64,000 nucleotides of DNA from Alphaproteobacteria bacterium (GTDB lineage: Bacteria > Pseudomonadota > Alphaproteobacteria > Rickettsiales > UBA1997), in the NCBI GenBank assembly GCA_014190355.1, contig BJGH01000002.1, forward strand, positions 1,992 through 65,991. The letters run 5' to 3'. Positions 1 to 9,575 of the stretch are shown here, one piece after another (position 1 is the first letter of the stretch; every line of letters starts with the position of its first letter). The position numbers and the translations under genes are program-made. The notes beneath the pieces were generated by a model, which had not been told where the DNA came from, searched no databases, and saw only the letters and a program-made list of their open reading frames with translations.

Positions 1-1524
1 ATCATTAAAAAAAAAGTTAAAAAAATCACAGCTTTTATTTTCTTTAAATTTCTTAAAAAAAATAAAATAATACGATGGCTCAAAGATTTTTTCTTCAGTA
101 GTATCTAAAGGGAAAAAACCTTTGTTTAAGGAAATTTGTCTTAAGGCAAATAAACCACTCGCGGTTTTTTCAAGTTTGTATTTTTTTAATTCTTGATTAT
201 CCCCTTCTTCAATTTTTTCAAAAAGACTAAGAAAATTACTGATCTTTGTTGAATCGAGAAAATTTGGGAAATCATCATAAAATAAATCCTTAGCCGGAGG
301 AAAATATTTAAAAAAATCAATTTGAGTTACTAAGGAATATTGAGGATATTTTAATAATAAAGCGTTAGCTTTTGTAACTAATTTTTGTTTAAGATCTGCA
401 GGATCTATAAGTAATGAATTATTTTCAAAAAAACCAATATCTAAATTTTCGATATCATTAAACTCTTTATTGCTAAAATTTAATTTTAGATTTTCCAAAA
501 ATTTTTCTAATTTATTTTTTGTCGTCTCTGCTCGCGGGTTATTTTGGAGATCTGCATAATAATTAATACCTAAAATACTAAATTCGGAATAGATTTCTTT
601 ATAATCTGACAGTATTCTGTCAAATAAATTTTCTTTTTTAAATTTTTCTAAAACATTAAAAACTTCCGACAGATCAATACTCTTATGAATTATTTCAAAA
701 GAATTGTCAATAACCTTTAACTCATTTTTTTGCTCTTCAGTTTCTGAAGCATTTAAAAGATGAATCAAAAAACTTTTAACATGTTTTTCATGGCTAATCG
801 GAATATTGCTAGCAATTTGTTTTACATAAAAATTAAATTTATCAAAAAGAATTTTTTCATAAAAAGACTCGAAAGTCAAACTTGAAATAGCGTTAACTAA
901 ATAAGTTTGCATATCATCTAAACTTTCAAATCTATTGGAATCTGAAAATTTCTCTAAAATTGAAAATATTTTTTGTTTTTTTTCTTTAATTGCCGAAGAA
1001 TCATTTAATCTAGCTTCTTCAAACATGTAAATCAATTTATTAAAAAAGAAGACCATGTCTTTAGTAACTGAAACAATACTTTCCATCTTATCTTCATCTA
1101 AACTACTTATTTTTTCAAAAAATATTTTTCCATTAACAATTATTCTAGAAAATTTTTCATCATATTCTACGTCTTTTTGACCATCAAAAGAATATTCTTT
1201 TATATAAGAAAAATATTGTAGATAATTTTCAAGAATAGTTTTAAAATTATCTTTAAAATTATTAAAATTCCCTGCGGTTATTGTTTGAGTTAATATTTTT
1301 TTAAAAATATCTTGAGAATCTTTGAATGCTTTGAGATGAGGATTTATTTTATCAGCGCTTTGATCATTTTCATCTTGATGATTACTAACAAATTCTAAAA
1401 TTTTACTAAATAATTGATCTTCTTGACTTCTTTCAGAATTAATTGAAAGCAATTTTTTTAAAAATTCGTTAAAATTTATCGAAATCTTAACCTCATCTTT
1501 AGGACAAAGTAATTGAAATTTCAT
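1..1524 (-). CDS. Hypothetical protein, truncated by the left window edge (at least 508 aa); K/E/N/F/D-rich, soluble, no domain I recognise
   Basis: I reverse-complemented and translated by hand from the ATG at 1524-1522 (MKFQLLCPKDEVKISINFNEFLKKLL...). The frame stays open to position 1 with no stop. It is absent from the ORF track, apparently because it runs off the edge. Confidence 0.6.
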   Translation of the reverse strand, partial: MKFQLLCPKDEVKISINFNEFLKKLLSINSERSQEDQLFSKILEFVSNHQDENDQSADKINPHLKAFKDSQDIFKKILTQTITAGNFNNFKDNFKTILENYLQYFSYIKEYSFDGQKDVEYDEKFSRIIVNGKIFFEKISSLDEDKMESIVSVTKDMVFFFNKLIYMFEEARLNDSSAIKEKKQKIFSILEKFSDSNRFESLDDMQTYLVNAISSLTFESFYEKILFDKFNFYVKQIASNIPISHEKHVKSFLIHLLNASETEEQKNELKVIDNSFEIIHKSIDLSEVFNVLEKFKKENLFDRILSDYKEIYSEFSILGINYYADLQNNPRAETTKNKLEKFLENLKLNFSNKEFNDIENLDIGFFENNSLLIDPADLKQKLVTKANALLLKYPQYSLVTQIDFFKYFPPAKDLFYDDFPNFLDSTKISNFLSLFEKIEEGDNQELKKYKLEKTASGLFALRQISLNKGFFPLDTTEEKIFEPSYYFIFFKKFKENKSCDFFNFFFND

Positions 1525-1721
1525 ATTTAATATAATTTGCGTTAACCAATTTTATTATCTGGAATAATTTAAGAACAATTTTATAAATCTTAAACTGTAA
1601 GTTGATTAATTTAGAACATCAAGTTATTTTTAAAAAACTCAATCTTTAAAAATTCTTTATAATTAGATTTTATTTTTTTTCTGGAAGTTATTTTTATCTT
1701 AAAGCAATTACTAAAAAATAA

Positions 1722-2771
1722 TCAAGGTATCAACAGACATGCATCTCCGTATGAATAAAAGCGATATTTTTTACTTATAGCATGTTGATATATTTTATGA
1801 GCATTTTCAATGCCAATAAAAGCTGAAACTAGCATAAATAAAGTTGATTTTGGTAAGTGAAAATTGGTTAATAAAGCATTGGTAATTTTAAATTGATAAG
1901 ATGGTGTAATAAAAATTTTAGTGCTTGCTTTGCAGGGTTTTAAAAACCCATTATCATCGGCAACTGTTTCTAAAACTCTTAGTGATGTTGTGCCAACGGC
2001 AATTATTCTTCGCTGATTTTTTTTAGCATTGTTAATGATGTTGCAAGCAGTTTCGTCTATTTCAAAGCTTTCTTGATGCATATTGTGATCATTAATTAAT
2101 TCACTTTTAACTGGCAGAAATGTTCCCGCCCCAACATTTAAAGTTACAAAAGCTTGAGCAATTCCTTTGTTAGCAATTTTATCCAAGAGGTCTTCAGTAA
2201 AATGTAAACCAGCTGTTGGGCAGGCTACTGCATAGCCTTTAGAAGCATAGCAGGTTTGATAATTTTGCAAATCATCATTTTTTTGTGCTAAATCTTCTTG
2301 CCTTTTGATATAAGGTGGTAATGGTATTTCGCCATATTTATCAAGCATTTTAAAAAATTCTTCGCCTTCAATATTAAATTTTAATTTGATTGAACCAAAA
2401 TTTTTTTTATCAATTACTTTTGCCAAAAATTTTTCATTATCTTTATTGCTAATTTCTAAAATATCATCAATTTTAACTTTCTTAGCAGGCTTACACAAAG
2501 CTAGCCAAATATCGTTTTCTTGCTGGTCAAGATTAAGCGAAATTAATGCATTATTAGTTAAATTTTTAGCTAATAATTTGGCTTTAATAACCTTAGCATT
2601 ATTAAAAACCAAGACATCTCCCTCTTGCAAATAATCAATCAATTGTTTTATAGTTTGATCAGCTATTTTTTGCTGTTTAAATACCAGCAAAGCATTATCG
2701 CTTTTGTTAGCTTTGGGATGCTGAGCTATTAGCTCAGCGGGTAAATCAAAATCAAAATCACTAGTTTTCAT
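1722..2771 (-). CDS. queA: S-adenosylmethionine:tRNA ribosyltransferase-isomerase (queuosine biosynthesis)
   Basis: The N-terminus MKTSDFDFDLPAELIAQHP matches the canonical QueA start, and PLPPYI and a GTTS-type core are present. The track ORF (to 2900) carries a 43-codon unsupported extension, so I start at internal Met44. Confidence 0.9.
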   Translation of the reverse strand: MKTSDFDFDLPAELIAQHPKANKSDNALLVFKQQKIADQTIKQLIDYLQEGDVLVFNNAKVIKAKLLAKNLTNNALISLNLDQQENDIWLALCKPAKKVKIDDILEISNKDNEKFLAKVIDKKNFGSIKLKFNIEGEEFFKMLDKYGEIPLPPYIKRQEDLAQKNDDLQNYQTCYASKGYAVACPTAGLHFTEDLLDKIANKGIAQAFVTLNVGAGTFLPVKSELINDHNMHQESFEIDETACNIINNAKKNQRRIIAVGTTSLRVLETVADDNGFLKPCKASTKIFITPSYQFKITNALLTNFHLPKSTLFMLVSAFIGIENAHKIYQHAISKKYRFYSYGDACLLIP

Positions 2772-3522
2772 GGATTCAAACAAAACGCATTTCGGTTTTA
2801 AAACTGTTGACATCGAGCAAAAGCCCAAACTTGTCAAAGAAATTTTTTCCAATGTTGCCAATAAATACGATCTAATGAATGATCTTATGAGCTTTGGCAT
2901 TCATCGCAATTGGAAGAATATAATGGTTGAAAAAATTAGTCTATCAAGAAATTGCAAAATTATTGATGTTGCTGGAGGAACTGGTGATATAGCTTTTAGA
3001 ATAGCCAAAAAAGCCCAAGATCAAGGTCTTAATATTGATATTGATGTTGTTGATATTAATCCACAAATGCTCGAAGTTGGTAAGTCCAGAGCAGTTGATA
3101 AAAACCTTTTTAAAAATTTAAAATTTAGCGTTGGCGATGGCGAAGATCTTAAATTCAATGATCAGCAATTTGACTTTTACACCATTGCTTTTGGTATTCG
3201 CAATTTTACCGATATTTCTAAAGGCTTGAAAGAAGCTCATCGAGTTTTAAAAAAAGGCGGAAAATTTATTTGTCTTGAGTTTTCAAAAGTTGAAGATTAT
3301 TTTATTCAAAAAATTTATGATCAATATTCTTTCAAAATTATTCCTAAAATTGGTGAATTTATCTTAAAAGATCATGATTCTTATCAATATCTAGTAGAAA
3401 GTATAAGAAAATTTCCTTCACAAAATCAATTTAAAAAAATGATTGAAGACGCAGGATTTTCAAAGGTTAGCTACCAAAATCATAATTTTGGAGTTGTAGC
3501 AATTTTTGAAGCTTATGCTTAA
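2770..3522 (+). CDS. ubiE: Ubiquinone/menaquinone biosynthesis C-methyltransferase
   Basis: HFGFKTV...YDLMNDLMSFGIHRNWK plus the SAM-binding motif DVAGGTGD. Confidence 0.9.
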   Translation: MDSNKTHFGFKTVDIEQKPKLVKEIFSNVANKYDLMNDLMSFGIHRNWKNIMVEKISLSRNCKIIDVAGGTGDIAFRIAKKAQDQGLNIDIDVVDINPQMLEVGKSRAVDKNLFKNLKFSVGDGEDLKFNDQQFDFYTIAFGIRNFTDISKGLKEAHRVLKKGGKFICLEFSKVEDYFIQKIYDQYSFKIIPKIGEFILKDHDSYQYLVESIRKFPSQNQFKKMIEDAGFSKVSYQNHNFGVVAIFEAYA

Positions 3523-3539
3523 TAAATTATCAACTTTAT

Positions 3540-3818
3540 ATGTTTAAAAAAAAAATAATTTGTATTTTTTTAGTTTTGGTTCTTAACTCTTGTGCCATGT
3601 GTTATGTTAATCCAATAGATACTGAAGAAGCAAAAAGAATGTATAACTCAATTGGAACATACTCAGTAAATATCACCGAAGAACAAGGTAAGGAATTGTT
3701 TGGTGAGTGCTATAATCACAGAACTGACAGAGTTTTTGTTTACTCAACTTTTTTTTCAAAAAAATATATTCTTGAAAAATATGGAAGACCTTGGACTTAT
3801 GCAGGAGCAAGATGGTAA
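3540..3818 (+). CDS. Small putative lipoprotein, function unknown
   Basis: 92-aa ORF with a signal-like N-terminus MFKKKIICIFLVLVLNSC (Cys after the hydrophobic core, imperfect lipobox). No family recognised. Confidence 0.45.
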   Translation: MFKKKIICIFLVLVLNSCAMCYVNPIDTEEAKRMYNSIGTYSVNITEEQGKELFGECYNHRTDRVFVYSTFFSKKYILEKYGRPWTYAGARW

Positions 3819-3858
3819 TTATAGCTGATTAAAAAAATTAAATTTTCAAGAATTTAAA

Positions 3859-3933
3859 TGGTGCTATCAAGTGGAATTGAACCACCGACCTCTTCATTAC
3901 CAATGAAGTGCTCTACCCCTGAGCTATGATAGC
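3859..3933 (-). tRNA. tRNA-Thr (anticodon GGU), CCA encoded
   Basis: The reverse complement gctatcatagctcaggggtagagcacttcattggtaatgaagaggtcggtggttcaattccacttgatagcacca folds by hand into a cloverleaf: 7-bp acceptor, anticodon loop ttGGTaa, T-loop ttcaatt. Confidence 0.9.
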
Positions 3934-4064
3934 CTATAAATCATATTAATAAATTTTACATAGCTTTTAACTATTATTCTACTGATTCTTTTAAATAAAT
4001 GCAACCCAAAATTTTTTTATGAAATTCTTCTTAAAATATCATAAATTTACAGATTATTTCCGAT

Positions 4065-4083
4065 AAAAAAACACTTCGAAGTG
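4065..4083 (-). terminator. Weak candidate intrinsic terminator after virB6
   Basis: The palindrome CACTTCGAAGTG (4072-4083) is followed on the minus strand by T7 (A-run 4065-4071), about 135 nt downstream of the virB6 stop. The stem is only 4-5 bp. Confidence 0.3.
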
Positions 4084-4218
4084 AAAATATTAAGACTTAT
4101 TTTAAAATTATTATTATGAAAAAAATTACCAGTATAGACAAAAATTAATAAGTATTTTATTCATTGTTATTATATAAAATAATTGAATTCTTGCATTTTA
4201 ACTAAAAATTATTTAGCA

Positions 4219-7182
4219 TTATTCATCTTTATTTAATTTTTTAATTTGATCATATCGTTCACTAAGTTTTTCTTTAGTTTTATTAGCAAATTTAATTGAC
4301 CCACCCCTCGCTCTTTTAACAAATCCCTGAACTGCCGAGTTAATTGCATTAAACATTTTAAAGGCATCAACTTTACTAACTTGCATTTGAGTTCCACCAG
4401 TAATTTGTTCGGCAATTGCTGGGATTTCGTCTAAAAATTTATAGAGTAAAAACACCACCAGAACTGCCTTAAGAATTGTTAAAATCCTTGTTGGAGTTTT
4501 TGTAGGATCTTCAAAAAGATTTTTTAAGGCAATTGCTGATACACCAATAACCTCCAAGCCAGGATAACTACTAAAACTTTTATTATCAATATTAATCAAG
4601 CATAAAACACTATCATCCAAAGGACTTACGATAATATCTCTTGCATCTGTACAATCTTTTATATTTTTTTCAATATTGCCATTAAATTTAACGCAATAAC
4701 TTTCACAATTCAATGTTTTTGGACTTGAGCCAGAATAGCTTGCACTTCCAACTAAAGTCATATCAATAACCGATATTACAATTCCAATATAGGCAAACAA
4801 AAACATTGGCTGAATACAAAAACTCATTAACTCCTTTAACCACGAATCAAAAATTGTTTTGGTTTTTTCAAAAAGTAGCATCGGAAATATCAATGGCGAG
4901 ATAAAAACAAAAATAATTATTGAAATTGAGGAAGTTACAAAAATATACAAGGCATGTATTGTCATTGCCAAAAGCATCAAACCAAATATCAAAACAGATA
5001 AGCAAAAAAATATCCCAACTGGACCGGTAAATATTGAAGCTAAAATTATAATTGCAATATTAGCTGCCGATCCATTAACCCCTATTCCTAAATATTTTGC
5101 AATTTTACAATCTAATGTATCAAAAATCGATAGATATTTTTTGCCATCAGGATATAACTTCCTATTAACTCCATCAATGTTTGTGTTATCTATTATTTCT
5201 CCAGATTGACTTGTTACAACACCAAATTGACATCCATCCATTTTATCAAGGGATTTTGAACCAAATGGAGTTTTGATATTGAAAACCATCATTCCAAGAT
5301 CTGCAGGAATATCGTAAACCGATTTAAAGAAAAATCCTTGCCACGCTTCACCCAATGAGAAAAAACAAATTAATGCAAATTTTAAAAAATAAATCATTAT
5401 GGTTTTTTTATCACCTAAATTAATTTTTTGCATTAACACATTAACTCCAAATAATGTCATCGAAAGAACTAATGCAAAAATTACAATCCATCTCATCTTT
5501 AACTGAATATTGCCAAAGATTGATAATGGCCCTACATAAGTTCCTTTTTTATAAATAAATCCTTTACCAGACAGATATGAGGAATCTGAAAGTCCTGAAT
5601 TAATACATTGTCCATCTGCAGTTGGCAACTCTGAGGAATTACTACATCTAGTGTGTCCAACCCGATTAAAAAATAAATTTTCCATGGTTTCTTTAAAGCA
5701 TTGAGCAATTGGTGCACTAAAATTGGTCATACTTCCAGCTATTGAGCTGTCATAGGTCAAAGTATTTTTAGAATCACCAACAAAATCTATACAGGCTTGT
5801 GAAAAAAATGGCGAAGTAATTGAACTCGGAGGTTTTAAAGTTGAATCCACTGCTACTGTACAATGCCTCATATATTGACAATAATTTCGACATTTGCCGG
5901 CTTTCATGTTTAAAGAACAGTTGGAATCTCTGATTTCGCTAATTGGAGTTCCTGATGATGAAAAAGTTGAACCTGATTTTCCACAAGTTCCATCTTGAAT
6001 TAATTTATTCCACTCCTGAGAATTTAAATATCTTGTACCGCTAGAATGCTTAGGAAGATTGCATTTGGAATTTTCGTATACTCCATCACAAAATTTATCG
6101 CAATAAGAAGAACCACCTTCTAAATAAAAATTATATGGGCACAAACTATAGCTTTTAACACAAATTAATCTTTCATTATTTTCATACCATGTTTCATAAA
6201 CTATATTGTTAATGCTACATTTATCTCCAGCTCTACAAAATTTTACTACTCCACTTTCTTCTATACAGACATATTCTTTGCTTCTTTTAATGCAACATTC
6301 ATAAGATTTTCTTATATCTTTTATTCGATCTGTCTGAAGTCTGTTACCATCTTTATCTTGTCCTGAGGAAATTAGATATTTTTGACAATTATAATTTCCT
6401 GGCAAACTTCCTCTTAGATAATATTTCTGGGGAGGATAATTTCCAGAAGAATCTCTCTCCTGCGTAGCATCAACACATTTTTCACCCTGATCAGTCTGAT
6501 CTTGATATTCTTTTCCTCCATAAACAAATTGACGATATTCTAAAACATTCATATCTAAAGTTGAACCAGAATCAATTTTTTCCATAACACTTTTTTTGGT
6601 TGTATATTCTTCATCTGGTGAATTTATTAAATATTCATTATCATTTGAAGTAAGCCATCCTGAGCCACATAATTTTGCACTACTAAATTTGCCTTTAGCA
6701 ATAGAGTTAATAACAGCAAAAGAAACGATTGCCGTTGTATAAGATCGCATGGCATTGGCTAATGCTGCTGAACATGCCGGAATACTAACTTTAGTTGAAG
6801 ATTTTGCAATGTCCATAGCATCTAAAATTGGTGAAGGTATAATCCTAAAATTTGGACTGCCATTACACGCCGAATTCATTGCAGCTATAGAGAATTTTAC
6901 ATCCAGATAAAATAATGTTATTAAACCTTTACAAACCTCATTTCCTAGTGAAAACTCTATATCCTTTGGATTTGTTAAATTCATACCCTCTAATTGTTCT
7001 ACCTCAATTTTTCCTGAACTATTTTTAGAGCATAATCTAACTCTTCCAATCCCTTCATATTTTGCTTCAGAGGCATATGATTGACTATAAATTGTTACCA
7101 ATAAGAGTACACAATAAATGGTTGATTTTAACAAATTATTTATTTTTGGCGATAAATTATTAGTTATTTCTCTAAACATCAT
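4219..7182 (-). CDS. virB6: VirB6/TrbL-like T4SS inner-membrane component with a large Cys-rich N-terminal extension (987 aa)
   Basis: The ATG at 7182-7180 overlaps the virB4 TGA (ATGA). The N-terminus is signal-like (CVLLLVTIYSQSYA), followed by about 480 aa containing 26 Cys and then a polytopic hydrophobic domain (about aa 575-900 of the track ORF). The gene lies directly after virB4, as in rvh loci. The family call rests on synteny and topology. Confidence 0.7.
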   Translation of the reverse strand: MMFREITNNLSPKINNLLKSTIYCVLLLVTIYSQSYASEAKYEGIGRVRLCSKNSSGKIEVEQLEGMNLTNPKDIEFSLGNEVCKGLITLFYLDVKFSIAAMNSACNGSPNFRIIPSPILDAMDIAKSSTKVSIPACSAALANAMRSYTTAIVSFAVINSIAKGKFSSAKLCGSGWLTSNDNEYLINSPDEEYTTKKSVMEKIDSGSTLDMNVLEYRQFVYGGKEYQDQTDQGEKCVDATQERDSSGNYPPQKYYLRGSLPGNYNCQKYLISSGQDKDGNRLQTDRIKDIRKSYECCIKRSKEYVCIEESGVVKFCRAGDKCSINNIVYETWYENNERLICVKSYSLCPYNFYLEGGSSYCDKFCDGVYENSKCNLPKHSSGTRYLNSQEWNKLIQDGTCGKSGSTFSSSGTPISEIRDSNCSLNMKAGKCRNYCQYMRHCTVAVDSTLKPPSSITSPFFSQACIDFVGDSKNTLTYDSSIAGSMTNFSAPIAQCFKETMENLFFNRVGHTRCSNSSELPTADGQCINSGLSDSSYLSGKGFIYKKGTYVGPLSIFGNIQLKMRWIVIFALVLSMTLFGVNVLMQKINLGDKKTIMIYFLKFALICFFSLGEAWQGFFFKSVYDIPADLGMMVFNIKTPFGSKSLDKMDGCQFGVVTSQSGEIIDNTNIDGVNRKLYPDGKKYLSIFDTLDCKIAKYLGIGVNGSAANIAIIILASIFTGPVGIFFCLSVLIFGLMLLAMTIHALYIFVTSSISIIIFVFISPLIFPMLLFEKTKTIFDSWLKELMSFCIQPMFLFAYIGIVISVIDMTLVGSASYSGSSPKTLNCESYCVKFNGNIEKNIKDCTDARDIIVSPLDDSVLCLINIDNKSFSSYPGLEVIGVSAIALKNLFEDPTKTPTRILTILKAVLVVFLLYKFLDEIPAIAEQITGGTQMQVSKVDAFKMFNAINSAVQGFVKRARGGSIKFANKTKEKLSERYDQIKKLNKDE

Positions 7183-9566
7183 TTTTTGCCACTTTTTTGA
7201 TAATAAATCGGTAACCAATTTTCTGGATCATCACCAACTTCTTCAATAATTTGATCAAGAATTCTAATTGTATCAGCTCTAGCTGATAAAACTCTCACCA
7301 CTTCATCCATTCCCGATAAATCAATCCTCGCAATAACCCCATCATTATCCTGCTTAACCAAAAAAAATCGCGTTGAAGGATCTGTGGTTTTGACCAACAA
7401 GAACTCTCGTTCTGAAAGCATGAAGACATCTCGATAAACTATAGTAGCCTTAAGATTAGGTAAAAATATTTGTGTTGCAGTTTGCTGAACAAGAGTATCA
7501 GAGATAGTACTTTTAGCTGCATCCTCAACTGACTGAGTAGCAAATACCACCATGGTGTTTAACTTTCTTAAAACTTTCAACCAGTCCTTAATTTTTGGAG
7601 CAAAAACTGGATTATCAATTAACGCCCATGCTTCATCAAGAACAATCATAGTTGGTTCGCCTGTCAATGAATTTTGGATTCGATGAAAAAGATAAAGAAG
7701 AACTGGGGCAATTGCATGTTTATCCCCTAATATTTGAGCCATTTCAATTCCAAAAACTCGAGACTTAGAAAAATCAATAACATCATCTTCATTATCAAAT
7801 AGTTTTGCGTGAGAACCTTTGCTATGCCACATTTCTAATCTTCCTGCCAGAGTTCCAGGACCAGACAAGCCCATAAAAGGAGCTAAGTTTCTTAATCTTC
7901 TTTGATTTTTAGGAAGCTTAAAATTACTATTAACCGCTTCATTAATTCGATCAACCTCATGAGCTGGCAATACCTTGTCACCATCTTTAACAAGAGCCTT
8001 CATAAATTCAATTAAAAATGAACGATTTTCATTATTATCCTCAAGTTGAAATGGGTTAAATCCAGAAACCTTTGAAGCTGTTGGAACCATGTATCTTCCC
8101 CCGATTGCCCTAACAAAAATTTCTGCTCCTCGATCCTTATCAAAAAAGAAAAGTCGACCTTTGAATTTCTGTGCTTGTGCACATAAAAATGTTAGCAATA
8201 CTGTTTTACCGGCGCCAGTTGGTCCAATAATCATTGTATGTCCAACATCTCGAACATGAAAACTAAAAAAATATGGAGTTCCTGAAACGGTATTTAAAAC
8301 CGTTACCGCATCTCCCCAGTGATTATTTTTTCTTTTACCTGAAGGATAGTTATGAAACGAAGCAAATGCCGCAATATTAAAAGTATTAACAACCGATCTT
8401 CTTGCCATATATTCTTTATTTCCAGGGAGCTGTGCCCAAAAGGCTGGTTCCATATTCATTTTTTCACGAACACCACTAATACCAACATTCGATAACTCAA
8501 CTACCGCAAGAGATAGGGCACTCTCCAGAGCTTTAGCTGAATCTTCAATACACATTACTGTCATGTGATGCATGCCAAATGCAAACTCTCCACTCATAGC
8601 CGAATCGAGGGCTTGATCAATTTCCTGAATTTGTGAAACCGCAACATCTTCTGATTGAATTAAGCGTCTTTGTTGTAACTGCATTGAGCTAATAGCAACC
8701 ATTCGATTAATATAAGAAAAAGATTGACTTATAATTAATTCAAAAGGCATTTGCATAAAACCATCAAAAGCACCTGCATGTGTTGAAGGGCGATATTCTT
8801 TAATTGCCACCAATCCAGCATATTTTACTCCAACTGGAGTGAATGCTTCTAGAGATTTGCTGCCAAAGTAAAGTCGACACAAAGGCAAATGTCGATTTAT
8901 ATTGCCAAGAGGAATTGTGAACTGCTGAGAATAACCACAATTAATAATCCTTGATAAAAATTCTAGTGGCTCTGAAACAATACATTCATTGCTCTCAACA
9001 ATATCAAGCAACTCCGCTCCATAATTTGCAAAACCATTAAGTATTCTCTCTGTCATTTCATCAAGCTCATCAAAAGACTCTCTCATGTATGCTTCCCAAG
9101 ATGATTTATCGGCACGATGTTGGAATTTTTTTGCCAAATTCTCTAATACTGCAACACCAGACTTATCTGAACCCCTAATCAAGGTTAAATAATGCTCATT
9201 TATAAAACATTTTTCATCAGAGTGCTTGTTAGACCATTCGGTATTTAGTCGATCGGAAAAGGTGTTGGGCATTTCGCCATCAGGAAAACTTTTTTCTTTT
9301 CTTCTAATGGTATGAAAATATAGTGAAAAATTTCCCGATGCCATACCTTTTAACAAGTTATTGCGTGAATTTTTTTTCAAATCAATATCAATGTCATCTG
9401 CCGTTTCAAAGGCGTAACCCTTTATTTTAACTACTCTTATTAACTCTTCGTTGAAAGTTAGTATAGTATTTGAATTCCAATGACACTTGAAAGGAATAAA
9501 ATGCGAGACAGAAATCTCACCTTTAGTAATTTTTTCTTTGCTAGCCTTGATTGTTGAAATACGCAT
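7179..9566 (-). CDS. virB4: Type IV secretion ATPase VirB4
   Basis: 795 aa with Walker A GPTGAGKT, Walker B MIVLDEAW and FATQS. Length and layout are typical of VirB4/CagE. Confidence 0.9.
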   Translation of the reverse strand: MRISTIKASKEKITKGEISVSHFIPFKCHWNSNTILTFNEELIRVVKIKGYAFETADDIDIDLKKNSRNNLLKGMASGNFSLYFHTIRRKEKSFPDGEMPNTFSDRLNTEWSNKHSDEKCFINEHYLTLIRGSDKSGVAVLENLAKKFQHRADKSSWEAYMRESFDELDEMTERILNGFANYGAELLDIVESNECIVSEPLEFLSRIINCGYSQQFTIPLGNINRHLPLCRLYFGSKSLEAFTPVGVKYAGLVAIKEYRPSTHAGAFDGFMQMPFELIISQSFSYINRMVAISSMQLQQRRLIQSEDVAVSQIQEIDQALDSAMSGEFAFGMHHMTVMCIEDSAKALESALSLAVVELSNVGISGVREKMNMEPAFWAQLPGNKEYMARRSVVNTFNIAAFASFHNYPSGKRKNNHWGDAVTVLNTVSGTPYFFSFHVRDVGHTMIIGPTGAGKTVLLTFLCAQAQKFKGRLFFFDKDRGAEIFVRAIGGRYMVPTASKVSGFNPFQLEDNNENRSFLIEFMKALVKDGDKVLPAHEVDRINEAVNSNFKLPKNQRRLRNLAPFMGLSGPGTLAGRLEMWHSKGSHAKLFDNEDDVIDFSKSRVFGIEMAQILGDKHAIAPVLLYLFHRIQNSLTGEPTMIVLDEAWALIDNPVFAPKIKDWLKVLRKLNTMVVFATQSVEDAAKSTISDTLVQQTATQIFLPNLKATIVYRDVFMLSEREFLLVKTTDPSTRFFLVKQDNDGVIARIDLSGMDEVVRVLSARADTIRILDQIIEEVGDDPENWLPIYYQKSGKK

Positions 9567-9575
9567 ATTTTTTGT

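Noticed and set aside
2772-2900. N-terminal extensions of the longest ORFs in the track (queA to 2900, ModA-like to 15673, bactofilin to 30554, thiE-like from 34785, manC from 35548, virB6 to 7218, DHS-like to 48686, ubiA from 39963)
   Set aside because: The extensions overlap neighbouring genes, are not conserved in the respective families, and several begin at TTG. Internal ATGs give family-typical N-termini.
3934-4218. tRNA-adjacent spacers (3934-4218 and 33931-34243) as possible integration sites for genomic islands
   Set aside because: There is no integrase, no direct repeat of a tRNA 3' end and no phage or IS genes nearby. The flanking genes are ordinary.
4859-5209. 116-aa plus-strand ORF antisense to virB6; similar antisense ORFs at 2386..2634, 11082..11348, 27046..27276, 39118..39408, 46026..46286, 48496..48879, 51785..52114, 53892..54251 and 62615..62866
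   Set aside because: Each lies inside a longer, motif-supported gene on the other strand. None has any recognisable domain.
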